Assembly (NCBI RefSeq): GCF_001194135.2
Contig: NC_068982.1
Coordinates: 179,226,050-179,290,049 of the forward strand
Direction of reading: 5' to 3'
Length of the DNA: 64,000 bases
From: Octopus bimaculoides
Lineage: Eukaryota
Below the pieces are notes generated by a model, which was not told the DNA's origin, did no database searches, and was given only the letters and a program-made list of their open reading frames with translations. The position numbers and the translations under genes are program-made. Shown here piece after piece: positions 27,333-39,194 of this stretch (positions within the stretch are counted from its first letter, which is position 1; each line of letters opens with the position of its first letter).

Positions 27333-29520
27333 ATTTATTTACATATATATATTTATCGGTATATATATATGAATGTAGTATGATTGCATGTATGCATACG
27401 CGCATACTCATATACATGTGTATATGTCTAGTCTGTATACATGTTCATATGTATAACCATACAAACACACAAACACACAAACATATGAGTGCCTAGACAT
27501 TTTTGTTTTAGGATTTTGCTTTTGAAAGGCTCAGTTATTACAACATTCTGTCGGTCGGCGAAATAAATGCGTAAAATGAAGTGCATCGTTGATTTAATAC
27601 ATACTCATTTCTCTCTACTACATAAATGTGCAGCCACATATAAGCGTTTCCCTTGTACTTACAATTTATACATATATTTATTTTAATGTCCCTTCATAAA
27701 TATGAATTTCCACTGATACATAAGCACTCAAGCATCTTGTTATGTTCAGAGAGCAGCATCCACATTGTGTGATAGATTGTAGCAATAACGTCCTACCACC
27801 TATATATAAGGTGAATGGTGTTTCATATAATATTTTTCGCCAACACAAATATTTCTCGCCTGCTTAGTGGAATTATCCACTTCTTGCACATTGTTGTAAT
27901 AACCAGAATACGGTCATTGACTCGCAAGATAATTTCTTACAGTGTTTATAAGTGCCATAAATAAAAAGGTTAGCTACCGTTGACGTATTTTAGGGCGGTC
28001 TTAGACCGTTGCTATCAAACCTAAAGTGCATTTTATGAATAGTGTCTCTCTCTGGTTTTCCGATAAAGATGACGCTAAGTTAGCTTTAAACGCCATATTT
28101 TGTTCTTATGGCGGTATTTGAAGTCAAACATTAGTCACGGGTATTTGTGTGTAAACGTATATGTATGATTTCTTTTTCTAAAATGTAAAGACACATATGA
28201 ATATATGCAGAAAATAAAGCCTAGAATTTATGTAGTTTTGTAGTTTTCTGGGCATTATTTCTGAGATTGCTTATTTTACATAAAGATTTGTATCTATTTT
28301 CTTTACCGCTATTTCATACATGATACACACATGCGTTCACACAATGCGAATGCACGCATGCACGTACACCCACACACATACACAAATACACATGCACACA
28401 CAGGCACACACACATACACACACGTCGCACACACATACAGACATGTATTATGTGTGTGTATGTATTATTTACATACATCAAGTTGGATATATCTGGTGAT
28501 GTTTGCACTAAAATAGATAGTAAAATTTCAAACAGATTTTTGCATCTATTTAAAATTTTCTTTCCTTATTAAATTATTTAACTAGTTACACGTTAAATTT
28601 TTTATGTAAAAATACATTTAAAAGGGAAAAAATGGCATATAGCTAACTATTTGCAGAAAATATGAGTGAAACTGTGTTATGCCATGTAAAGTTAAGGACA
28701 TTACCAGCATTAATGAAAAGAACAACAGCGAATCTTCTGAAGTGTTTTTCATATTTCTATTAAATATATTTCTACTATTATTGTGGAATCATGTCTAAAT
28801 ATGATGTAACATTTCTCCTGCGTTTTCTGTTCGTAAACATCTTAAACCGCATTGGCGAGTACGTCATATGGAAGTTTGGCAAAGATTCAACACTAAGTTA
28901 CTGCCTTGTCCTTTTCTACTTCTAAAACGAACTTCGCCCAAACCTCTGACACACTCCCCTCTCTAACTATTGTTTTAATATTTTCTCCTCATAATATCGA
29001 TTTCTTATGTTTTCTCACTGTCCAAGCCTTTTCCTTCTGTCAATCACTAAAAAATCATTAATAAACTGAGAAGCTTTTGAAGAGCATGTGTACAATTCCT
29101 CCTGCGTGAAGAAACACAGACCCACGTATACAATACATACATACTTGCTCGCAGATACACGCAAACACATATATATACACATATACGCAAAAGAAAATAC
29201 CGACGCACAGAGGTAAATACACATGAAAGCACACCTACAAGCACATCATATTCACATATCCAGTCCCCTTATTGAGGGAATGTGTGGGTTTCAAATATTG
29301 GCTTGATTACCTATTGATTGAATCGAATCTTTTCCAGACAGATGAAGGTAAGGTCAGATTAAGAGTTATACAGCACCTTAATGTGCATCGCTGCGTGTTT
29401 ATGTAGGAATGTATATTAGTATATTTTTAATACACGTCAGCCTCGTCGAGTTCAGCAGAGTAAAACATACTTAGGTTATTGCTCAGACTCGTTGATATTC
29501 ACGAAGTAAATAATAAAGTT

Positions 29521-29749
29521 CCTTCCCTGTATAGACTCATAGGGCCAGTTTCCCTATTATATATATTCTCCTCCTCGATAGGACACTGGTCTGTTGCAGG
29601 ATAATTCATTTTTGCCAGCTGAGTGGACCTGAGCAACATGAAATGAAGTGTTTTCCTCAAGAACGCAACGCGTCGCCCGATCCAGGAATCCGAAGCACAA
29701 TCTTACGATCATGAGTTCAACATCTATTCACTAAGCCACGTGACTCCAC
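29521..29749 (-). mobile_element. tRNA-derived SINE, family C
   Basis: Minus-strand head tggcttagtg (A-box) ... ttcggattcc (B-box-like), followed by a body gttcttgaggaaaacacttcatttcatgttgctc...ccactcagctgg. Confidence 0.8.
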
Positions 29750-29819
29750 CACAGAGGGATTAATACTGTTCTATATTATTTACATTCGACGGATATGTGT
29801 CCTCATCTTGCTTGTTGCT

Positions 29820-29865
29820 AAAAGAACGTTTCGGCTGATATACCCTGTAGCCTTCTTCAGCTCTC
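29820..29865 (-). ncRNA. Minimal type-I hammerhead ribozyme
   Basis: Reverse complement GAGAG-CUGAAGA-A-GGCU(acaggguauauc)AGCC-GAAAC-GUU-CUUUU: intact core, stem I GAGAG/CUUUU with two G-U pairs, palindromic AACGUU stem III. Confidence 0.8.
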
Positions 29866-30090
29866 TTGGGGAAATTTCGAATCTGGGTTCTCATATTATT
29901 TACATACATCAAGTGTATATACATGTGTTGGATATATCTGGTGATGTTTGCACTAAAATAGATACTAAAATTTCAAACAAATTTTTGCATCTAGTTAAAA
30001 TTTTCTTTCCTTATTAAATTATTTAACTAGTTACACATTAAATTTTCTATGTAAAAATAGGATTTAAAGGTATTTTTCGATATTATTAGT

Positions 30091-30156
30091 GCTCAGAAGC
30101 GAACTCGGAATCCTGGGGTTAGTAGCTGGCACTCTTAACCACTACGCCATATGCCC
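30091..30156 (-). promoter_or_regulatory. tRNA-like internal Pol III promoter (A-box and B-box)
   Basis: Reverse complement gggcataTGGCGTAGTGGttaagagtgccagctactaaccccaggattccGAGTTCGCTTCtg; not a complete cloverleaf. Confidence 0.7.
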
Positions 30157-30725
30157 GTGGGTAATTATGAAGTGAATATTAGGGCTTATAAATCTAATGT
30201 TTTTCTATCCTTCCTTAATACGGTTCCCATATGTTGCTCATATCCGCAATCAGTTTGCTTAGGAGGTCATTTGTCCTAGCATACGTGCTGCTTCTTTTAG
30301 TTTTCGTATTTTCCAGTGGTGTTCTGTGATAGCGTCTAAGTGATGGGGCAGAGAGAGGGGTAGTAGTATGGAATGAAGAATTTAAGAATATAGATTAGGT
30401 GGTCGGACAGGTCAGTGCTTAGTAGTAGAAGGGTATATATATATGTGAAGATGTATACATATGTATATATCAGACATGTATATATATATTTATACAGATG
30501 TTTATATATATCAATATCTACATATACAACTTGTACTCATATGTATATGTACACATGCACACCCATATATACGTGTATCTGTATGTATTATCTCATTCTG
30601 AAAAAATTATATATATNNNNNNNNNNNNNNNNNNNNNNNNNNNNNNNNNNNNNNNNNNNNNNNNNNNNNNNNNNNNNNNNNNNNNNNNNNNNNNNNNNNN
30701 NNNNNNNNNNNNNNNNNNNNNNNNN

Positions 30726-30765
<40 letters not shown>

Positions 30766-33700
30766 TTTATGGGCATAGCAATTATTCGTATGCAGGCTAT
30801 TCCTGGTTTCGCGTAAAAAATAGACCGTAGGTAAATATTTGACAATTCATCAAAATTTGAGTCCTCTCAATACTTGCTTATAGAACACGATATATGCATA
30901 CATCCGTGTGCGCACTCACCACACAAACGTACACACACGCACGTGCACAATCTCGCTTACACATAGGCGATCATATTAACAACTGCACTATACATCTCTT
31001 CTAATTCTCTCTTCACAAGTCAGATAAGATATATAACTTTTCGTATGTTTGTTTTATTTTCTGTTATTTGAAGCCTGCTATTTTATCTACATTATAATTC
31101 CTCATCCACTCAGCGATAGAAGAGTAGCTTCTTTGCTAAGCACTAAGCTCTCAGCCGGCAAACTATTCCATTCATGAATAGTATTCATCAGTGAGTCTGT
31201 TGCATTTTTTTTTTACCTAGTTAAATGAATGCTTATAATGTTTAATGTCGTTTGAATGCTACAGTCATTGAAAAGGAGAAAATAAAAGAACAATGCATTT
31301 CTGTTAGAAAATTAATTTATTTATAGATGATGTGACTTTGCGATGGATTTCACGGGGTTTATAACTTGAAATAATATTCATTCCTTGTGCAAGAGAACAA
31401 GATTATCGATTGAACAAAACAAAATGCATACCTGAAGCAATTGCACATTATTCATTAGTTGACAATAACCAGGAAAATGGTGGTCTCAAGTAATATTTTT
31501 AAATAATTCATAACATAATATTGCTATTAGAACTAATTATTTGAAGTGTTAGTTGAAATGTTAGTTGCTTTTGATTTTGATAAGTTTGTTGAGTGTAAGT
31601 AGTTTGCCCTGAAACCTCATAGAAAGCGTTGAATTCTTTGTTAGTTACAATTATGTTCGATCAAATGCATTCGTACTTATTGAAATTCATGTGTAACTGG
31701 TTCAATATTCCTCAGACAACATGTTTTTCACGACATTCTCAAACCGAATCAGCTATGTAACAATCCTGAATTATAAGTAACAATTCAAACACAAAATCGA
31801 AACAAAGAGAGATGAATTGACACCAATGCCCGAATTTTATGTATGAATTATACAAGATGTCTCTGACATGATTTGAACGTAAAGAGCAAACAACTGAAGC
31901 GTATACATAGCATATTATATCCGACGATCTAATGATTCTTTCAATTCACATGTTAACTAATTCATTACCAAAATATATTCAATCATAATTGTAGACTATA
32001 GTTTTGTCTGCAACATATTTGTTCCATTTTAAAAGTAAGTGTTAAAGATTTTCTGTCATAAATCTAAATTCTTCCTCAGTTGCAGTATACGACAAAGTAT
32101 GTAGTTCCATGATTTACTGCTCTAGCTGCAAACAAAATATTTATCTATGAGACTATTTATCATATATTACAGATTTGGTAATATTCAGATTTATGCATAT
32201 GTAATTTATCAAGTACACCGTAAACAATGTATTAAGATATCGCACTTAATTACATATCATCTTTACTTCTTAGCGCCACCAATTTGATGGCCAAGTGTTA
32301 CAGGCAGCCAGGAATTCTTGGACATAATCTTGATATGAATGTTGACCATGAGTGATGAGTCGCATACTGAATGATTTCACGTAGTCTGATTGGCGACAGA
32401 TATTAAATAAATATAAAAAAACTAAAGCAGCATCTACTTCTATTCAATTGGAAATATGACATCATTTGCAAGTGGATGAATGACTGTCATTTAAACCGAG
32501 CATTGTGTAAGTTTCTGTCACAAAAATAGTAAAATTATGTTTAATGGGAGTGGTGAAGATTGTATGAAAATGTTTGCAGTATTTAGGTTAAAACCACATA
32601 TGATTACTAGAGATAACTAATAAGTTATATATCAACGTCAGACAATCATACTGGCATAAATTGTGCTTGGAGAACTATGAACAGTGTCAACCACTAAAAA
32701 ATATGATATTTACAAAGATTAAAACCTACTTTAGGAAAAGTTATTGGTTGATGACAGACTGATTATATACTTCTATATAGTAATTTCACTACCATACAAA
32801 ATAAAAAAAAAATAATAATAACGTTAAGTTATGGTTTGAGATTAAATCTGGTAGATGATGAATCTTATAAACACAATAAGAGAAACTATAGGGACACTAA
32901 ATATTTGACTTTATAAGTGCCTAACACCGCTACACAGTAAATTAAAAAAGAGAAATTGATTGAATTGACACCAATGTATTACTGATACGTATTTCATATT
33001 CCTTGGAATATAATTCAAATCACATCAAAATATGGTATGGCTTTCAAAGCATAAAAGATGTAACTAAACTTCAAATGACAGTGTTTTTTTGATTTTTTTT
33101 TTTTCGAAAATTTCTCCTTCCTTATTGTGCCAGTATGATGAAGATTTATAATTTCAAGTCTTTGAGATATTCTTTGAAGTGAGAGAAAATGGGATTGAAT
33201 CAACCTCCAACTTCTACATACAATTTACAATACTTTTCCTATAAAATACAACTAAAATTATGTTATTTACTTGGATTCAAGGCTACATGCAGAAGTAAGT
33301 TATCTTCGTGTTTTTATGGGCGTATGTGTGTTTTGTTTCGCTGTTCGATGGCTGAAGTATTAATTTACCTTTATTATCAGACATCCCAGTCATGGAAGTA
33401 TTTTTCTCTGTTAGATAATATTTATCTAGAGTCTGTTAGTAGTTTCAGAAGGTTTCCTAGAAAGAAAGACAACTAAATTCGAACTATGACTTCTTCCATT
33501 CGTTTGGCGAACGGTGTGTAGGAATGTGTGAGTGTGTGTTATTGATGCTTTTGCTGTTTACTGTTTTCATGTCATTTTCTGTCAGAAATTATTATATATT
33601 TAGCTACATGAAATATATGCTTCCGCAGAGGTATTAAAGTTGTTTTCTTTCTTCTGTTTACTGTCTAAAAAAATTGTATTTGTTTACGTTCAACTTTTGG

Positions 33701-33900
33701 GGGATGGTGGGGCTTAACGCTGTAGCCATTTTGGTTTTTACGAGCGGCAGAAAAGAAAAAAATTCACAAATTGAGTCTATTTTTTTCACAAATAAAGAAA
33801 AAATTACTACAAACAATTTAATTACTACAAATAATTTAATTACTACAGGAATAAATTCGTGATATGGAAGAATCATACGAAACATATCCTATTATCAAAA

Positions 33901-33973
<73 letters not shown>

Positions 33974-34022
33974 GGTGGTGGTGGCGGTGGTGGTGATGAT
34001 GATGATGATGATGATGATGATA
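33901..34022. repeat. Compound trinucleotide array (TAG)n-(TGG)n-(TGA)n
   Basis: Direct inspection. Confidence 0.97.
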
Positions 34023-34127
34023 ACAATAATTACACCCGGGACGTTGTAAGAGCGATAAAACACTGCCCCGAAATCTATCCAAAAATATCAGGAATAAAGA
34101 CATCAAATGGAGCCTAAAATAACTGGC

Positions 34128-34430
34128 AAAGTGTTGGACTTTATCCGAGTAAGTAATACTCATTGAAATTTATTTTTATTTTCCGACTGAAATGATGTAC
34201 TTTAACTGTGTGTCATCTCCGACACTTGCATAACACGTGTAAACACGCTCACCTCACTGACAAAGTGCTGGGCTATACCCGAAAAAGTAATATTCATTAA
34301 AAGTGTTGGACTGTATTTGTGTAAGAAATAGTAAAATGTATTTCTATTTTCCAAATGAAATGATGTAGTTTAAATGTGTATCATCTCCATTGCTAATACA
34401 ACACGTGTAAATACCCTCGCCACATTACGA
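34128..34430. repeat. Diverged tandem duplication (~134-bp unit, ~38-bp partial unit, second unit)
   Basis: aaagtgttggact...tgaaatgatgta.tttaa.tgtgt.tcatctcc...aacacgtgtaaa occurs at ~34128 and ~34299; a partial start occurs at 34262. Confidence 0.8.
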
Positions 34431-34604
34431 TCCAATCAATATCTGGCCATCTCCGTCCCCAAACACCATTCACAAAAAAATAGAAATAAATTAAATAATA
34501 CCTATATTATTCAACCCGAGTGTAACAATCGCGAAGTATGTACTTTAAACTTGCTACACAAAAAGTACGAAAAGCTACACGTGCAAAACCATTTAACAGC
34601 AGAA

Positions 34605-34892
34605 ATGGACAAGATGGGAGAATGTAGTTGAGAGGAAAGTGACCTGGGCTGACAGGTGGAAACCGAGCCTTACCGTATTAAATTCCTCATCCAGGCAGTG
34701 TACGATGTGCTTCCAAGCCTATCAAACTTGCACACATGGGGCATAGCAGAGACACCAGCATACCCGTTGGGTTCCAGGCAAGGAACCCTGGAACACATCC
34801 TCAGATGGTCCTTATACCATTGCTGATGCCATCAGCACAGGACTTGTGTGGCGAAGCGGTTCCGACCTTCCAAGAAAACCATCGCCTTTGTC
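34605..34892 (+). mobile_element. REL-type LINE fragment resembling the HERO clade (zinc-knuckle region)
   Basis: WTRWENVVERKVTWAD..EPYRIKFLIQAVYDVLPSLSNLHTWGIAETPAYPLGSRQGTLEHIL (decayed CxxC..HxxxxC) and IADAISTG..SKKTIAFV. Confidence 0.75.
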
Positions 34893-34903
34893 ATATATAT
34901 GTA

Positions 34904-34977
<74 letters not shown>

Positions 34978-35419
34978 TTGNNNNNNNNNNNNNNNNNNNN
35001 NNNNNNNNNNNNNNNNNNNNNNNNNNNNNNNNNNNNNNNNNNNNNNNNNNNNNNNNNNNNNNNNNNNNNNNNNNNNNNNNNNNNNNNNNNNNNNNNNNNN
35101 NNNNNNNNNNNNNNNNNNNNNNNNNNNNNNNNNNNNNNNNNNNNNNNNNNNNNNNNNNNNNNNNNNNNNNNNNNNNNNNNNNNNNNNNNNNNNNNNNNNN
35201 NNNNNNNNNNNNNNNNNNNNNNNNNNNNNNNNNNNNNNNNNNNNNNNNNNNNNNNNNNNNNNNNNNNNNNNNNNNNNNNNNNNNNNNNNNNNNNNNNNNN
35301 NNNNNNNNNNNNNNNNNNNNNNNNNNNNNNNNNNNNNNNNNNNNNNNNNCTTTTATACAAAAAGTACAAGATGCACCTCGTCACAGACTATCAGATGTGT
35401 TTCGATAGGAATTACTCTC

Positions 35420-35577
35420 GTACTATCGATTATTATTAGAGCCTTGAGAACAATAGCCAAAAATTTGAGAACAGACATTGAAAACTAGGTCCTAACTTGT
35501 ATGTAGGTACAGTAGAGAAAATATGTGTTCTGGCTTCAGCAAAAGTACTTATTACATTATTAGAACAGTTCTAAAAT
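35420..35577 (+). mobile_element. R4/Dong-like LINE, extreme C-terminal fragment
   Basis: IIIRALRTIAKNLRTDIEN..VGTVEKICVLASAKVL resembles the PxIIGALG..QK..LLG.A.IL end of the copies at 54084-57698. Confidence 0.55.
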
Positions 35578-35690
35578 CTTTTATACAAAAAGTACAAGAT
35601 GCACCTCGTCACAGACTATCAGATGTGTTTCGATAGGAATTATAATTAAACTGAGTACAATACTGATTCCGTGAAACAACAGAACTTATT

Positions 35691-35828
35691 GACAGAATCG
35701 TTAGCACGCCGGACAAAATGCTTAGCGGTATTTTGTTCGTCTTTGCGTTCTGATTTTCCGCCGAGGTCGACTTTACCTTTCATCATTTTGGGGTCGATGA
35801 ATTAAGTGCCGGTTGAGTACCGGGATTG
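35691..35828 (+). mobile_element. tRNA-derived SINE, family A
   Basis: cagaatcgttagcacgccggacaaaatgcttagcggtatttt...ccgccgaggtcgactttacctttcatc matches the reverse complement of 27134-27332. Confidence 0.9.
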
Positions 35829-35845
35829 CACCCATAGAAGAAAGG

Positions 35846-35893
<48 letters not shown>

Positions 35894-36409
35894 CATCAAA
35901 AACAGTGACGTCTGCAAAGTCGATAACGCTCAGGACGATGCGAACGATAATAATGATGATGATGATGCTGACGATTATGATGATCTATTCCATTCGCTGA
36001 TGCATGAAGCGACATATATTGATGTGAGGGGAGTTGTCAAGTACGTTATGTTTTATTTCTTCCATATCTGAGAAACCAGAATCTAGATCTAAAAACATTT
36101 ACAATATCAACGAGCAATGAGCAAATTAAGAAACCATTAATTTCACGTATTCATTAAATAATTAACATACTTCGATGATTTAATCCGACTGATTTAACGC
36201 ATTTTAAATTTTCCAGTCTTGTCTTTTATAAACGAGTTTTATTGCCGTTGCCTCTCAAATGGAGGATATTAAAGAGCAGCAATGGAGCTGGACTAAACGA
36301 CGCCATTTCACTTTATTAATTTTTTGTTTTTTCAATGAATTAATGTTGAATTCATAAAATTCATGTACAAGTCTGACATTCAAAGAAAAGAAATGTTTGC
36401 TATACATAC

Positions 36410-36598
36410 TGGCATGTACGTAGATAGAAGGTCTGGTTCACACTCTTTACACTGTGTTCAAGTTCTGTCGATGTCAACTTTGAGTTCATCCTTTCATGTT
36501 CAATGTATACAACACTAGTACAGAATTGTGGTTTGCCAGAATTCTTTGTGTGAGGCGATATCTCATACAGCGCTTCGTTGTATTCTGACATAAAATTT
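36410..36598 (-). CDS. Candidate 189-nt symmetric (phase 2-2) coding exon, unknown protein
   Basis: Strong acceptor gctttattctttctccag and donor gtatgt; only one frame is open: NFMSEYNEALYEISPHTKNSGKPQFCTSVVYIEHERMNSKLTSTELEHSVKSVNQTFYLRTC. Confidence 0.45.
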
Positions 36599-37093
36599 CT
36601 GGAGAAAGAATAAAGCTTGTTTCGAGAAATACTTCAGCACCAGAAACACTTAGACATCGGGTAAGTCTTCCAAAGTCTCAACTTTGCAGACTAATCAGTA
36701 ATTACCGAATGTTAGTATCGACACTGGTATTGCAAATACATTGGGATATTGTCTCCATTTTAGAAGAGAACTCCGAATGCCATATTTTTCTAAGTCTGAT
36801 GTAATATTTTCAAGTCATCAATTTTTATTCATAGCAAATTCATGTATAAGTTTTCAGCAATGTTTTGGTATTTATGGCAACCTTTGTGTGAAATAGACCG
36901 CTGATGTACTGATTTCGTGTTTGGGTAACTGATTTTCCAGGTTCAACGCTTGAATAAGAACACATCTTTTGACCAAATTCTGTTTCTATATCAGCAGAAA
37001 TGCTATTAATTCCAGCTGTCTTTTTTCTTTTGGCATTGTATGCGTTTTTTACCAAACACCCTTTAGTCATTCACAAATTATGGATTGCAATAG

Positions 37094-37148
<55 letters not shown>

Positions 37149-37181
37149 GCATCTGTCTATTTGTCTGTCTGTCTGTCTGTC

Positions 37182-37231
<50 letters not shown>

Positions 37232-37242
37232 GATAAATAGAT
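37094..37242. repeat. (TCTA)n followed by its reverse complement (TAGA)n
   Basis: Left arm 37094-37148, (TCTG)n-rich spacer, right arm 37182-37242. Confidence 0.95.
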
Positions 37243-37878
37243 ATGTATGATATGTATGTAGTGTCATGTGTGTTTCTCTCTTTCTCTGAATTTTTCACGC
37301 ATGTGAGACATAGTTGTTAATCTGTAAAAGCAAATCTGTCACCGATAAACCTTGGAAGCGTGTAGTGACCAACTTATATGTGTATCACAGCCATGAAATA
37401 ATATAATGGCCTATGAAATAGCATATGGTTCCAATTTTCTGTATTCCCACGTTGAATGTAATATTATAGGACTCTTAATGCCTTAGTTTCTTGTTGTTAA
37501 GAAAGCATAACTTATATTTTACAGAAACTAAATATATTGATAGAAGATTAATACGAGATTTCGTATTGTAACTAGATTTCAAATTGTGTCAATCGGTTAT
37601 TAACTTCATGTCGAGTAAATTTAATGTACTCGTGCTGTGACCATTGTTCCAAAATCACGTATAATTTCGAAATACAATTTTACAATGATATAATATAAAT
37701 GTATAAGCCTAAAATCATTTTTTTCCCAAATTCTATAATGATAAATCATGAGTCTAATATTCAGTAATCTAAAATGTCATATTTGAAAATTATTATTCTC
37801 AAATTCAAATTTGTCAAAGATATTTCAAATACGTTCCCCATTCTATATATTTGCAACTCAGACATGGTAGAGTACATT

Positions 37879-38077
37879 AGGAATGAGCCTTTTAAAGACA
37901 CATCTTTACTGACTACTTTCAAACTGCAAACCATACCGCCATCCTTATCCGGTAGAAATTCCTCGGATTTAGGAATGAGCCTTTCGGAATGAGCCTTTTA
38001 TAGACACGTCTTTACTGACTACTTGAAAATTGCGAACCATACCACCATCATTGTTCAGTAGAAATTCATCGGATTTA
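37879..38077. repeat. ~92-bp tandem duplication with a 15-bp partial unit between the copies
   Basis: ggaatgagccttt..gacac.tctttactgactactt..aa.tgc.aaccatacc.ccatc...gtagaaattc.tcggattt occurs twice. Confidence 0.9.
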
Positions 38078-39194
38078 AAACATAAATATGAAATATCTTC
38101 TTGCATTGCAGCCCTACGTGAACTGAGTTGTAATACATACCATTTTCTAGATCTAAGAGATATTGGTGAATATATGTGTTTCTTTCGTTTAATCCTTTTC
38201 TAACGGCTACCCAGCTTGTTGAATACCTCCAGCTGCGACATTTCCCTTTATTGCATTTATATGTCACCTATATCCAAATAAAGCTTAATATAAATGCATA
38301 ACAGCTGGAAAACTCTTTTAAAGTTACAATGTTATATTTGATATGTACTTAATACAAAACAATGAAAACTGTAGAACTTTCTAACATTCATTAACTAGAA
38401 ATAGTGATGCTCTTGTTTTCGAGATTTTATACAAGTAATCCTATACCTTAGGTCAAAGACATCGTCAATTCTGAAAAGTTTCATTTAATTTATATTTTCG
38501 AAAACGAAATAAGATAAGCAGAAATTTTTGAAGATTGGAAAAATTCCCATTTTAAATTTAATTTCGTCTAAATATTTTGCATATTCTTTTGTTTGATGAT
38601 TTCCGACTTGGCAATGAATTGAAACTGCTATCTTTTCTTTCTCCAATACTTTGTGTTGTGAGAGGAAAATAATTTTCATTTCTGAAATAAGTTTCTGGAC
38701 GATAGGGTTTGAAAAATACAAAAATGAAATGCTAGTACTTGTGTTTTGAGTTATAAAACAAATAAGAATTACTTTTTCTTCTCAGTAGATGGGAAAACTT
38801 AGTAAGGCTTAAAAGATAGGTGATTTATTTCTAGGGTGTACTGTGTTTCAGAAACTACCGTTATCACTAAATTATTTAGGCTGAATGTATAATTCTAGAA
38901 CAAATGTCTAAATGTATGTGATACATGTTTAAAATTACAATTATTGCTCTAATGGTTTATCTTTGGAGTTAAACACTTATAAATATTTATATGAATTGTT
39001 AGTTTGAACTGGTTTCTGATATCTTAATCCTAGGTATATAGATATTATCACACCGTATCACTAGGAACCTTTATTCCTAAACTAAAAATCGACCACTGGC
39101 TCAGGTACCTGTGACAGTAGTCGTGTCGATATGTGGTCCAGTAGTTTGGTGTATAATTGGGGAAGTAATGGAGTTGATATACAACAGTGGTTTT

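Larger units (their letters stand above)
29770..30345 (-). mobile_element. Penelope-like element 3' end (GIY-YIG C-terminus, tRNA-like segment, hammerhead), interrupted by an insertion
   Basis: Minus-strand translation TEHHWKIRKLKEAARMLG / NDLLSKLIADMSNIWEP resembles the PLE endonuclease C-terminal W..RK.KEA...W pattern; then A/B boxes at 30148-30097 and the hammerhead at 29865-29820. Confidence 0.7.

Noticed and set aside
29338-29347. 10-nt micro-exon between ttttccag and gtaagg
   Set aside because: Cannot be distinguished from chance without RNA data.
30091-30156. Genuine tRNA gene
   Set aside because: A and B boxes are present, but acceptor and T stems do not form a cloverleaf; treated as a tRNA-derived promoter. 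The same applies to the SINE heads.
32270-32400. GC-richer island with open frames on both strands
   Set aside because: No consistent acceptor-donor pair and no recognisable peptide.
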